64,000 bases of DNA. Origin: a bacterium. GTDB taxonomy: Bacteria > UBA8248. The translations under genes were made by a program, and so were the position numbers. How positions within the stretch are numbered: the stretch's first letter is position 1; each line of letters starts with the position of its first letter. The DNA is taken from NCBI GenBank assembly GCA_965221165.1, contig CBDCRP010000002.1, positions 96,001-160,000 on the forward strand. The letters are read 5' to 3'. The notes under the pieces are model-generated. The model was not told the DNA's origin. It worked only from the letters and a program-made list of their open reading frames with translations, and searched no databases. Positions 18,881 to 28,995 of the stretch are shown here, in pieces.

Positions 18881-18967
18881 CCCACAGCGGCGACGCTCAA
18901 AAGGCTCAAACTCGACGACGTGGCCGAAGAACTGGCCACCTCGGGCAACGGCAACGGCGCGGGTTAA
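18881..18967 (+). repeat. Orphan copy 2 of the aor 3' end
   Basis: Encodes PTAATLKRLKLDDVAEELATSGNGNGAG* with no upstream aor body. Confidence 0.9.
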
Positions 18968-19270
18968 GAGCAGGCATTACCAAAACGATTCATCCGGGAT
19001 AGCCGCCGGGCGGTCCTGAGACAAGTAGGGGCGGTTCGCGAACCGCCCTACAAAAGGCGCGTTCCCCTCATCCCTGTTCAAAAACCACCCGAAAACCGCA
19101 GACATCGCCTTCTCGGGGCAACGCGCGAGAATCCCCGCCGCAGGAGCCCATCAACGGGTCTCGTCCTTGGTGCATCTTCCCGCATTTGCCGTCACGGTGT
19201 TTTCAGGGCAATGCGCGAGAATCCCTGCGCGCAAGCTAAGGGTTCTGCGTCGATAAGGCGGCTGAGGAAT

Positions 19271-19330
19271 AAGTGAAAAAAGGTGAAAAATAGGGAAAAT
19301 ATCTGAAAATAGGCGAAAAAAAATGAAAAT
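19271..19330 (+). repeat. 10-bp-phased GAAAA array (6 units)
   Basis: aagtGAAAAa aggtGAAAAa taggGAAAAt atctGAAAAt aggcGAAAAa aaatGAAAAt. Confidence 0.8.
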
Positions 19331-19429
19331 TACCGTCGTATTATCTTCAATTCTTTCAATAGTTTACGTTTTTTGAGCGTTGTTTTTGGCCAAATTCAGG
19401 GCATAGGGGGGGGGGTAGCCGGCAAACCC

Positions 19430-20587
19430 CTATGCGGCGGGGTATTTCTCCACCAGGCGCCTTGCGATCACGATACGCTGAATGTCGTTCGTGCCCTCTC
19501 CCACCTGCAGGAGAATGGAGTCTCGATAATAGCGCTCGATCGGCAGTTCCTTGATGTAGCCGTATCCCCCGTGAATGTGCACGGCCGCCTCGGAGGCTCT
19601 CTGGCAAACATCCGTGGCGAAGAGCTTCGCCATGCCGGCCTCGAGGTCGCACCGCACCCCCTGGTCCTTCATGCGCGCCGCGCGGTAGGTGAGTTGTCTG
19701 GCCGCCTCCAGTGAGGTGGCCATGTCCGCAAGTTTTATCTGGATGGCCTGATGCTCGACAATGGGCTTGCCCATGCTCTTTCTCTGCTGCGCGTATTTGA
19801 GCGAATCCTCGAAACAGGCGGCATGAAGCCCCACAGCCCTAGCAGCCACCTGAATGCGTCCCAATTCCAGAGCCGCCATGAGTTGATGAAATCCCCTATT
19901 CTCTTCTCCTATCAAACAAGAGGTCGGAACCGGGCAGTCATCAAAAACCAGTTCTCCCGTTCGAAGGCCCTTATAGCCCATCTTGTCCAGATGTCGGCTT
20001 GCGCTGAAGCCGGGCAGATTCCTGTCCATCAGGATGCAGCTAATCCCCCGGGTGGGTTTTTCCGCCTTCGGGTTCGTGCGGGCCATGATGGCGAAATGTG
20101 TCGCGTTCTCGCTGTTGGTGATGAACATTTTAGAGCCGTTGACGACGTAGTCCTGCCCTTCGCGGCGGGCGGAAGTTCTCAGGGCCGCGACATCAGAGCC
20201 GCCATCCGCCTCGGTGATGCCGATGCCGAAACGCATTTTCCCTTCAGCCACTTCCGGGAGCCACTCCTGTCGCTGCTCGTCGTTGCCGAATTCGTTGATC
20301 ATCCATCCCACCATCGAATGACCGCCGAGCACGCCCGTCAAACTCATCCAGCCCCGCGCCAACTCTTCGGTCAAAACCGTAAAGCTCATCGCATCCATCT
20401 CACTGCCGCCATAGGACTCCGGCACGAGGGCGCCGAAATACCCCAGTTCCTTCATCCGATCGACCAGAGGATGGGGATACTCGTCTTTATGCTCATACTC
20501 GCTGGCGACGGGGATGACTTCCTGATTCACGAATTGTCGGACACTGCTTTGCAGCGCGGTTTGAAACTCACTCAACTGAACATCCAT
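19430..20587 (-). CDS. Acyl-CoA dehydrogenase
   Basis: ITEADGGSDV, VNGSKMFITN, KMGYKG, MAKLFAT, IHGGYGY, YRDS...VGEGTNDIQR. Confidence 0.95.
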   Translation of the reverse strand: MDVQLSEFQTALQSSVRQFVNQEVIPVASEYEHKDEYPHPLVDRMKELGYFGALVPESYGGSEMDAMSFTVLTEELARGWMSLTGVLGGHSMVGWMINEFGNDEQRQEWLPEVAEGKMRFGIGITEADGGSDVAALRTSARREGQDYVVNGSKMFITNSENATHFAIMARTNPKAEKPTRGISCILMDRNLPGFSASRHLDKMGYKGLRTGELVFDDCPVPTSCLIGEENRGFHQLMAALELGRIQVAARAVGLHAACFEDSLKYAQQRKSMGKPIVEHQAIQIKLADMATSLEAARQLTYRAARMKDQGVRCDLEAGMAKLFATDVCQRASEAAVHIHGGYGYIKELPIERYYRDSILLQVGEGTNDIQRIVIARRLVEKYPAA

Positions 20588-20631
20588 TGCTTGCTCCTAG
20601 AATCGCTTACGGTAGTGATTTACATTCATAC

Positions 20632-20973
20632 TCAACCGAACAACGAAAGCCCACTCAGACCCTCGGGTATCAAAAGCCGCTCCACGGGCTCGCCATTTTC
20701 CAAATGTTTTTCCACGATATCTTGGGCATCCTCCGGCCTCACGCCGCCATACCAGACATTATCGGGCATCACGCAAACAACTGGCCCGTTCTCGCAAACA
20801 TCCATGCAGCTCGTCGCGAGTATGCGCGCCCGGCCTTTGAGGTTTTTTTCCTCCAAAAGGGATTTCATCCGCTCACGGACTTCCACAGAGCCGCAATTGG
20901 CGCAACTTCCCTTGGAATGGTCCGCCGCACGTTCGTTCGTGCATACCAAAACATAGCGCTTTTCCCTGAACAT
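20632..20973 (-). CDS. Thioredoxin-like [2Fe-2S] ferredoxin
   Basis: VCTNER..GSC, CMDVCENGP, PDNVWYGGV, VERL motifs. Confidence 0.9.
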   Translation of the reverse strand: MFREKRYVLVCTNERAADHSKGSCANCGSVEVRERMKSLLEEKNLKGRARILATSCMDVCENGPVVCVMPDNVWYGGVRPEDAQDIVEKHLENGEPVERLLIPEGLSGLSLFG

Positions 20974-21192
20974 CTCGTCTACCCCGGGGCTTGATGATGA
21001 AACGGATATCCCATGTTTCCGATGGCTGCACCAAATTACTCATCACTTTCTTTTGGACGCCGTATGGAAGCTAGCACTTATAAAGCGTCCGTTCAATCGG
21101 AATATCCTTTTCCTTTGTTTGTATTGAAGGCGGAAAACAGCATAATATATTGTTGCTGTTGGTCTATGTCTTCTCTTTAACGGGAAAATGCT

Positions 21193-21969
21193 ATGTCCCT
21201 CGAACCACCTGAAAATCGACCCAAGCGCGTCTTGTTTTTCGCCACATGCCTGGTGGATCAGTTCTTCCCCGAAGTCGGCGAGGCCACTGTTCATTTGCTC
21301 GAGAGTGCCGATATTGAAGTAATTTACCCAGAAGGGCTTACCTGTTGCGGACTTCCACACTTCAACAACGGCTTCAGGGCGGAAGCACGAAAAACTCTCG
21401 AAACCCAGTTGCATCTGCTGGAGGGCGACATTCCGATTATTGCTCCCTCGGGCTCTTGCGGCTGGATGCTCAAATGCGTTTTGCCTACCTTGTTTACGGA
21501 CGACCCGTGGGCGCGGGAAAGAGCCGCGCAAATCGCCGGGCGGGTAATCGAGTTATCCCAATTCCTGTGCAAGATAAATATGAATGATTTCGGCGCCACG
21601 CTTCCCGGGAAAACGGTGTATCACGATTCGTGTCACCTTCTCCGCGGAATGGGAGAAAATCAAACCCCCCGGCAATGTCTCGATCACGTGGCGGAAAACC
21701 GGGAAGAATTGCCCAATTCTGACCGTTGCTGTGGGTTCGGCGGCTCGTTTTGCGTCAAATTTCCAGAAGTCTCGTGCGCGATGCTTGAAGACAAGATCAA
21801 GTCCGCCGAAACAACCGACGCTAATTGGCTCGTGGCAGCCGATGCCGGGTGTATGCTCCAAATAGCGGGCGGATTGTCCAGGCGCGACAGCAAAATCAAA
21901 CTCCTTCACCTTGCCCAGGCCCTCGCCGGACCGAACAACCCGGGCTGGCCCGAGGGATACCGGCTTTGA
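21193..21969 (+). CDS. lutA: Lactate utilisation protein A (CCG-domain Fe-S protein)
   Basis: FFATCLVDQ, TCCGLP, PSGSC, YHDSCH, CCGFGGSF, DAGCMLQI. Confidence 0.9.
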   Translation: MSLEPPENRPKRVLFFATCLVDQFFPEVGEATVHLLESADIEVIYPEGLTCCGLPHFNNGFRAEARKTLETQLHLLEGDIPIIAPSGSCGWMLKCVLPTLFTDDPWARERAAQIAGRVIELSQFLCKINMNDFGATLPGKTVYHDSCHLLRGMGENQTPRQCLDHVAENREELPNSDRCCGFGGSFCVKFPEVSCAMLEDKIKSAETTDANWLVAADAGCMLQIAGGLSRRDSKIKLLHLAQALAGPNNPGWPEGYRL

Positions 21970-24083
21970 ATACAACCTTTAATAAGCGCGCAAATTCCGC
22001 CTTGGTGAATATCCCTCTGCAAGAAGCTCTTCAAGCGGCTACGGGCAAATTCGCCAGCCAGCGCGCCCAGGCCTTCGAGTCGACTGCCGCTCCGCTCGCC
22101 TTGCGGGCGAAGGCGAGAGAAATTCGAAGGAAAACATTTGATGAGATCGATATACACCTGGAAACCTTGTTCAAAAACCTGGAAAACCTAGGTGTGCATA
22201 TCCATCCGGCAAGCGATGCAGATTCCGCAAAGCGAATCGTTCTGGACATCGCCCGCAGACACGGGGTCAAGACAGTCGTCAAGAGCAAATCCATGGCGTC
22301 CGAGGAGATTCACCTGAATCAGGCACTGGAGGCGGCCGGCATCACCCCATACGAAACGGACCTTGGCGAATGGATACTTCAACTGGCCAACGAAACGCCA
22401 AGCCACCTAGTGGCGCCGGCCATTCACAAAACATTAAAACAAGTCCAAGACCTTTTTCGCGAAAAAGTAGACCCCGCCTCCGGATCGGACCCCCAGGAAC
22501 TCACATCAATCGCCCGAGAGAAGCTCAGAACGGAATTCATGCGCGCGGGCATGGGCATCAGCGGCGTGAATTTCGCCGTGGCCGAAACCGGAACGCTTTG
22601 TCTCGTAACAAACGAGGGAAACGGGCGACTCGTCACGACCCTACCCAAAGTCCACGTCGCCATTATGGGGTTCGAAAAAGTGGTGCCCACGCTACGGGAC
22701 ACGCTTACGCTCCTCTCCGTACTCCCCCGCAGCGCAACGGGTCAAAAACTCACCAGCTATTTCACCATGCTCACCGGGCCGAGGAGAGAAAACGAGGCGG
22801 ACGGACCCGATGAGGTTCACCTCGTGCTCCTCGATGGAGGACGCTCCAGGCATCTCGGCACGCCATTTCAGGAAGCATTTCATTGTATCCGCTGCGGAGC
22901 TTGTCAAAACGCCTGCCCTGTCTTCCAGACGGTCGGCGGCCATACATACGACTCAGTATACGGCGGACCAATCGGTTCGATCTTGAGTCCCATGCTCCGC
23001 GGCCTCGAAGTCTCCGGAGAGCTCCCCGCGGCATCGAGTCTATGCGGCGCCTGTATGGACGCCTGTCCCGTTTTTGTTGACATTCCTCGCATGTTGCTGG
23101 AGATGAGAGAAGCAAGAACGGCCAAGAAAAATAACGCGGTTTTGGAGAGATTCTCATTCCGAGTACTTGGCATGGCGATGCAGAAAGCTTTCATTTGGGA
23201 GATGGGATTCAAGGCCGCATCCGTATTTTCCAGATTTTTAAACACCAAAACAGCCGCCCGCCTACCGGGGCCTCTGAGCGCCTGGGCACAGGGACGGGAC
23301 CTCCCCAAAATTGCGAAAAAAAGTTTTCGAGCGCGCTGGCGGGAGCAAAAACGAGGGGTCACCGGTTCGTCTACAACGGTTCCTGACATATCGCGAACGG
23401 ACAGCCCGGATGCGATAGTCGAAAAAACCCATCATGCCCTGGAGTCGGCCCACGGATTGTCGCACGGGAGCTTTGAAGCTCCCGAGGGCCCATTGCCGGA
23501 AATCACCGTCCCGGACACCGCCGCTCGTTTCTCCACGGAGTTTGAAGCGATAGCGAATCCCGTTTATCACCCGAATTCCATGGAGGACGTTCGAGAATAT
23601 GTCCTCAATCTGGCGGCCAAGTGGAAAGAATATCCTGTAGCCATTAGTGATGGCCTTCCAAGTGAAGTAGCGGGCTGGCTTATGGATGAAGGTTTTGACG
23701 TGATTTCCCCGTCGAATGACGGAGATAACCGCAATGCGATTGCCCAGTGCGGTGTTGGAATCACAGGTTGCGATTGGGCCATTGCGGAAACGGGCAGCAT
23801 TGTCTTACGGAGCGGGCCGGGCCATCCGCGTCTTCATTCCCTGCTACCAGAAATTCATTTAGCCCTCATTCCTGAAAATAATATATTACCGCATATTTCC
23901 TCGTTAGGCCCTAAACTCGAAAGCGTCCTTACGCAGGAAGCCACTACACCTAGTTGCGTCAATGTCATCACGGGCCCTAGTCGCTCGGCTGACATAGCCC
24001 TCACGCTCATCAAAGGCGTACATGGCCCGCGCGATGTTTTCGCGATCATTATTCCCACCGCCCTCATCGCAGGGGCTTCGTAG
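21966..24083 (+). CDS. lutB: LutB (LldF) Fe-S protein fused to a LutC/LUD domain
   Basis: VKSKSM, ETDLGEW, NEGNGR, CIRCGACQNACP, SSLCGACMDACP, then AIAETGS and ITGPSRSADI..LIKGVHGP (LutC). TTG start overlaps the lutA stop (TTGA). Confidence 0.9.
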   Translation: MNTTFNKRANSALVNIPLQEALQAATGKFASQRAQAFESTAAPLALRAKAREIRRKTFDEIDIHLETLFKNLENLGVHIHPASDADSAKRIVLDIARRHGVKTVVKSKSMASEEIHLNQALEAAGITPYETDLGEWILQLANETPSHLVAPAIHKTLKQVQDLFREKVDPASGSDPQELTSIAREKLRTEFMRAGMGISGVNFAVAETGTLCLVTNEGNGRLVTTLPKVHVAIMGFEKVVPTLRDTLTLLSVLPRSATGQKLTSYFTMLTGPRRENEADGPDEVHLVLLDGGRSRHLGTPFQEAFHCIRCGACQNACPVFQTVGGHTYDSVYGGPIGSILSPMLRGLEVSGELPAASSLCGACMDACPVFVDIPRMLLEMREARTAKKNNAVLERFSFRVLGMAMQKAFIWEMGFKAASVFSRFLNTKTAARLPGPLSAWAQGRDLPKIAKKSFRARWREQKRGVTGSSTTVPDISRTDSPDAIVEKTHHALESAHGLSHGSFEAPEGPLPEITVPDTAARFSTEFEAIANPVYHPNSMEDVREYVLNLAAKWKEYPVAISDGLPSEVAGWLMDEGFDVISPSNDGDNRNAIAQCGVGITGCDWAIAETGSIVLRSGPGHPRLHSLLPEIHLALIPENNILPHISSLGPKLESVLTQEATTPSCVNVITGPSRSADIALTLIKGVHGPRDVFAIIIPTALIAGAS

Positions 24084-24155
24084 AACGCACCACTTTGACA
24101 GAAGACGAGACAGGATTTACTGCAAGAAATTGAATTGCCCGTTTCGATACGAATC

Positions 24156-24195
24156 ATAAAACCCTTCGATCAAATATACACTCGAGGGGTTTTAT
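24156..24195. terminator. Bidirectional hairpin between the convergent lutBC and glnA
   Basis: ATAAAACCCTTCGA...TCGAGGGGTTTTAT inverted repeat. Confidence 0.55.
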
Positions 24196-24228
24196 CACTT
24201 GCTCTTTCAGAACCAGTGATGACAATAC

Positions 24229-25641
24229 TTAGATGTCATAATAGAGAGTAAATTCGTGTGGGTGCGGACGCAGGCGAATCGCATCCACCTCCTCAATGCG
24301 CTTGTATTCGACCCAGTTGTCTATGACATCCTTCGTAAACACATCGCCTTTTAGCAAGAACTCGTTGTCCGCTTCAAGCGCGTCCAATGCCTCGGGCAGG
24401 CTACCAGGTGTTTGCGCCACACCGCTACGCTCCTCGGGTCCGAGATCATAGAGGTTCTTGTCGATAGGCTCGGGCGGCATAATTTTATTCTGTATGCCGT
24501 CCAGGCCGGCCATCAGCATCGCGGAGAAGGCCATATAGGGGTTGCATGAGGGATCCGGGCAGCGGAACTCGACCCTCTTGGCCTTCTCGCTCGAAGAATA
24601 CATCGGAATGCGCACGCATGCGCTTCTGTTGCGGCAGCTATACATCAAGTTGATAGGCGCCTCATAGCCCGGCACCAGACGGCGATAGCTGTTCGTCGTC
24701 GGGTTGGTGAAAGCCAACAGTGCAGGCGCATGCTTCAACAAGCCACCGATGTAGTACAGCGCATCCGGGCTCAGGTCTCCATAGGTTCCCGCGCGATACA
24801 TGATATTCGTGTCGCCCTTCCAGACGCTCTGGTGGACGTGCATCCCGGTTCCGTTGTCAAGAAATACAGGTTTCGGCATAAAAGTCGCCGTCTTGCCGTG
24901 TTTTCTGGCGACGTTCTTGACGATGTATTTATACTTCATCAGTTTATCCGCCGTTGTCACCAGGGTATCGAATCGAATATCGATTTCACACTGCCCGGCG
25001 GAGGCCACTTCATGATGGTGCACTTCACACTCGACCCCACAAGCCAGCATTTCCAGCATCATTTCCGAACGAACGTCCTGGAGCGTATCGTTGGGCGGCA
25101 CGGGGAAATAGCCTTCTTTGTAGCGGTTTTTGTGGCCGAGGTTGGGATCTTCATTGGCGCCCGTATTCCAAGCCGCCTCCACTGAATCAACCTCGTAGAA
25201 GGCATGATTTTCCGAACCTGAATAGCGCACGTCGTCGAACACGAAAAACTCGGCTTCGGGGCCAAAATAGGCGACATCCCCTATGCCTGTAGATTTCATG
25301 TATTGTTCCGCTTTAATAGCGATGTGACGAGGGTCGCGTTCATAAAGCTCCAGCGTAACAGGATCCTTGATGTCACAGATGAGAACCAGGGTCGGAATTT
25401 TCATGAATGGATCCATGAACGCGGTCGTTGGATCCGGAATGAGAAGCATGTCGCTCTGATCGATACTTTGAAATCCCCGAATGCTCGAGCCGTCGAAACC
25501 GACGCCTTCCTCGAAAGTATCCTCCTCAAGTGTGTCAATATGTGCAGAAAAATGCTGCCACATACCAGGCATGTCAATGAAACGATAATCAACCATCTTG
25601 GCGCCACTTTCCTTAGCCAACTTCATGACATCTGCAACCAT
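24229..25641 (-). CDS. glnA: Glutamine synthetase type I
   Basis: [53 protein letters not shown] adenylylation site. Confidence 0.97.
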   Translation of the reverse strand: MVADVMKLAKESGAKMVDYRFIDMPGMWQHFSAHIDTLEEDTFEEGVGFDGSSIRGFQSIDQSDMLLIPDPTTAFMDPFMKIPTLVLICDIKDPVTLELYERDPRHIAIKAEQYMKSTGIGDVAYFGPEAEFFVFDDVRYSGSENHAFYEVDSVEAAWNTGANEDPNLGHKNRYKEGYFPVPPNDTLQDVRSEMMLEMLACGVECEVHHHEVASAGQCEIDIRFDTLVTTADKLMKYKYIVKNVARKHGKTATFMPKPVFLDNGTGMHVHQSVWKGDTNIMYRAGTYGDLSPDALYYIGGLLKHAPALLAFTNPTTNSYRRLVPGYEAPINLMYSCRNRSACVRIPMYSSSEKAKRVEFRCPDPSCNPYMAFSAMLMAGLDGIQNKIMPPEPIDKNLYDLGPEERSGVAQTPGSLPEALDALEADNEFLLKGDVFTKDVIDNWVEYKRIEEVDAIRLRPHPHEFTLYYDI

Positions 25642-25722
25642 CTGTTACACCTCCATACGAAATTGCGGTTTTGCGGGAAATTATCGACACAAAACCTGGA
25701 TTTGTTCAGCCCTTTAGGCTTG

Positions 25723-28464
25723 TTATGAAACGATAGCTCCAATCGGGCGCCCTTCTTCAAGAATCTCACTCAAATGAGTACACAACTCCTTGAGTCTCGT
25801 TGTATCCTTGATTTTTTCACCATTGTCATCCGTAATATAGAAAGCATCCACCGCGCATTGGCCCTCAGTGGTAATTTTGGCCCTGGAAATGGATATCCCC
25901 TCATGCGAGAAGAATTGCGCAATTTGAGCCAGAAGGCCATGTCGATCTGGCGCAACGACTTCGAGAATTGTCGCGTCTTCACTCGCCGTCTGGTCGAATT
26001 CCACTAGTATCGGCAGATCAAACGACATCCGCTTCTTCAGCCGCAAATATTTTTTGCTCCTTCTTAAAAATTCCGATAATTCCAATTCGCCCGACATCAA
26101 TTCCTCCAGCGATTTCCGGAATTTTTTCCAAAGACTTTCATTGACAACGGCCTTCCCTTCAGAATCCACCACCTGGAAAGTATCTATTACCAAACCATCT
26201 TCTCGTGTATATACTTTCGCGTCCAAAATATTGAGTTCGTACACCGCAAATGCACCAGCGACAAGTGCGAACAACCCAAGTTGATCTTTGCATAACAATG
26301 TCAAAAGTGTATTTCCCCGTCTTCTGCGATGCGTGATATCGATCTCGCAAATCACCTCATCCGACAGGCGGGCTCCAAGCTCAATATGACGCAGGATGTC
26401 TTGCGGCGGCGTTCCACTACGATATCTATCCGGCATGGATTCCATATGTTTAGCGATTTCCTCACACCCTATCCGGCTTCCTCCTGCCCTCGCTTCCAGA
26501 CTGACCTGCTCTACGATATCTTCCCTGCGCTTTTTCCTATATAAATCCTCTCCCGTTTCCATCACTCTGAGGACTCGTTTGTATAATTCATTTATCAACG
26601 CGCTCCGCCATTCATTCCACATGCCGGGGGCAACGGCGGATATGTCCGCGTATGTTAGGAGATAAAGCATTTGGAGTCTTTCCACCGTTCCCATTTTATC
26701 AGCGAAGTTGCTTATCAGGAGGGGATCGTCGATATCTCGTCTTTCGGCCGTGACGCTCATTTCGATATGGCAAGCCACCAGAAATTCAATAATGCTACCC
26801 TGGTCCACTGGCAAGCCCATACGCATGATAATATCGGGAAGCGCAGAAGCGCTCTTATGTACATGCCTTGGGCCCCTCGCTTTTCCAATATCGTGAAACA
26901 AAAGCGCGAGACGCAATATATTCGTACGTTCCATCTCTCTGTGTATATGGGCAACGTGCTGCAAAGACATATCTTTAGTATACGTCAGTTCATCCAACGC
27001 CATTAAAGTCAACAAAGTATGTTCATCTGCCGTATATCGATGGTAATGATCGTACTGAACAAAGCATGTCAAGGGTTCGAATTCAGGAATATAACGTCCC
27101 AACATACCTAGGCCGTGCATTTCGTGCATCGTCGTTGTCACACCGGCTTTGCCACTCAATATCCGCAAGAAGCTATCCCGCACATCTGGCGAAGTGCGAA
27201 AATTGTCATCTACAGAATCTAAATGAGCGCGAACGAAGTTTCTTACATTCGGCGATAAGCGGCACCCGAAGCGATATTGACACTCGAATATCCTCATCAA
27301 ACCTGTTGGATTTTCAAGCACTGCGCGAGAATTGGACTCATCCAGTACGAGCGTGTGGTAGTCTTGCAAAGCCAACCCATCTCCCAAGGGTTGGAGTTTC
27401 GGTTTTTTGTTGACCCATCGCCTACTCTTCAAATGTTCTTCCAAAGTTTCAAAAAAATCGCGGCAGAAAATATGTAAATTTCTCGCATGCAAGAAGTAAT
27501 CGCGCATCAAACATTCACTGGCTAATGCGCTTTCTTCGTTTTCATAACCCAATGCAGGAGCGATCTCCACTTGAGCCGGAAAATTAAGCATATCGTTTTT
27601 AGCTTTCGCACGTATATGAAGTTGTGCACGTATGCGAAGAAGAAAGTCATACGCTTTCGCTGCTTTTTGAAACTCTCCTTGCGGTACCCAACCTTTCCGC
27701 CACATCTCTTCCATTTTCTTCATGCCGAAGGCCTTGGCCAACCAGCAAACAGCATGAAAGTCCCGCAACCCGCCTGCACTTTCTTTCACGTTCGGTTCAA
27801 GGACATAGACAGATGGATCCCATGACCGATATCGCCTCATCCGTTCTTCGAGTCTATTTCGAAGATGGGAACTTTTAGCAACCCGCTGGATATACCCATC
27901 GAATTTCTTATTGAAATCACGAAAAACTTCTTCACTCCCCGCCAATAATCGATTTTCCAACATAGCGGTTTCGCTTTGGTAATCTTCCTTGGCGATTTTC
28001 AGACAATTAGAAATGGTCCTCGCGCTATGACCTATCGTAAGACCCGCATCCCACATAAGATACAGGATGGAGCGTATCAATTCGCTAATTTGCCCCTCAT
28101 GTCCCGAGAACAAAAACAACAGATCAATATCTGAACCGGGAGACAATTCCCCTCGTCCATATCCACCAATGGCAACTAGGGCACATGGAAATGCCTGATC
28201 GGAATTAGCAGCTTTCTTTCTTTCTCCTTCTAAAGCGTATGCGTAGATTTGAGCGATATACGCATCCATAAAATTCGCACGCGCTTTACATAACTCAAAC
28301 CCGCCTGCACCTTCATTCTGCGCGTTGCATATATGCTCGCTAGCTTGTGCGTAAGCCTCTTTTACATAGCGGAGAAAAACGCTTCGCTCCCAACTGCCGA
28401 CCGCAAGGGTCGTTTCCCGAATATCGTTTTGAAGTTTTGATAAATGCTCGAGAGATGGCGTCAT
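25723..28464 (-). CDS. glnD: [Protein-PII] uridylyltransferase
   Basis: AIGGYGRGELSPGSDIDLL, EPNVKESAGGLRD, YHRYTADEH, LFHDIGK (HD domain), two C-terminal ACT domains. Confidence 0.95.
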   Translation of the reverse strand: MTPSLEHLSKLQNDIRETTLAVGSWERSVFLRYVKEAYAQASEHICNAQNEGAGGFELCKARANFMDAYIAQIYAYALEGERKKAANSDQAFPCALVAIGGYGRGELSPGSDIDLLFLFSGHEGQISELIRSILYLMWDAGLTIGHSARTISNCLKIAKEDYQSETAMLENRLLAGSEEVFRDFNKKFDGYIQRVAKSSHLRNRLEERMRRYRSWDPSVYVLEPNVKESAGGLRDFHAVCWLAKAFGMKKMEEMWRKGWVPQGEFQKAAKAYDFLLRIRAQLHIRAKAKNDMLNFPAQVEIAPALGYENEESALASECLMRDYFLHARNLHIFCRDFFETLEEHLKSRRWVNKKPKLQPLGDGLALQDYHTLVLDESNSRAVLENPTGLMRIFECQYRFGCRLSPNVRNFVRAHLDSVDDNFRTSPDVRDSFLRILSGKAGVTTTMHEMHGLGMLGRYIPEFEPLTCFVQYDHYHRYTADEHTLLTLMALDELTYTKDMSLQHVAHIHREMERTNILRLALLFHDIGKARGPRHVHKSASALPDIIMRMGLPVDQGSIIEFLVACHIEMSVTAERRDIDDPLLISNFADKMGTVERLQMLYLLTYADISAVAPGMWNEWRSALINELYKRVLRVMETGEDLYRKKRREDIVEQVSLEARAGGSRIGCEEIAKHMESMPDRYRSGTPPQDILRHIELGARLSDEVICEIDITHRRRRGNTLLTLLCKDQLGLFALVAGAFAVYELNILDAKVYTREDGLVIDTFQVVDSEGKAVVNESLWKKFRKSLEELMSGELELSEFLRRSKKYLRLKKRMSFDLPILVEFDQTASEDATILEVVAPDRHGLLAQIAQFFSHEGISISRAKITTEGQCAVDAFYITDDNGEKIKDTTRLKELCTHLSEILEEGRPIGAIVS

Positions 28465-28476
28465 AGGAAGATATCG

Positions 28477-28833
<357 letters not shown>

Positions 28834-28868
28834 TCAAGTGAAAGTTCCAATGGGATGGTTTTGCATCG

Positions 28869-28896
28869 ACTATAACACGCAAAGGTTGGTCGTCAA
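28869..28896 (-). promoter_or_regulatory. Sigma70-type promoter of glnB-glnD(-glnA)
   Basis: Minus strand TTGACG-N16-TATAGT with an extended TGn -10. Confidence 0.55.
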
Positions 28897-28995
28897 TCAA
28901 TAACCCCAAATGAACAACCGCTCCCTACCCTCTAAAATGATGTATCTACACCAACTATGTTTCCATGGTGTTACATGATAGGTACCAACAATTTT

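Noticed and set aside
18498-19002. Several overlapping ORFs with repeated peptides
   Set aside because: They result from the 96-bp period being a multiple of three; no RBS or domain support.
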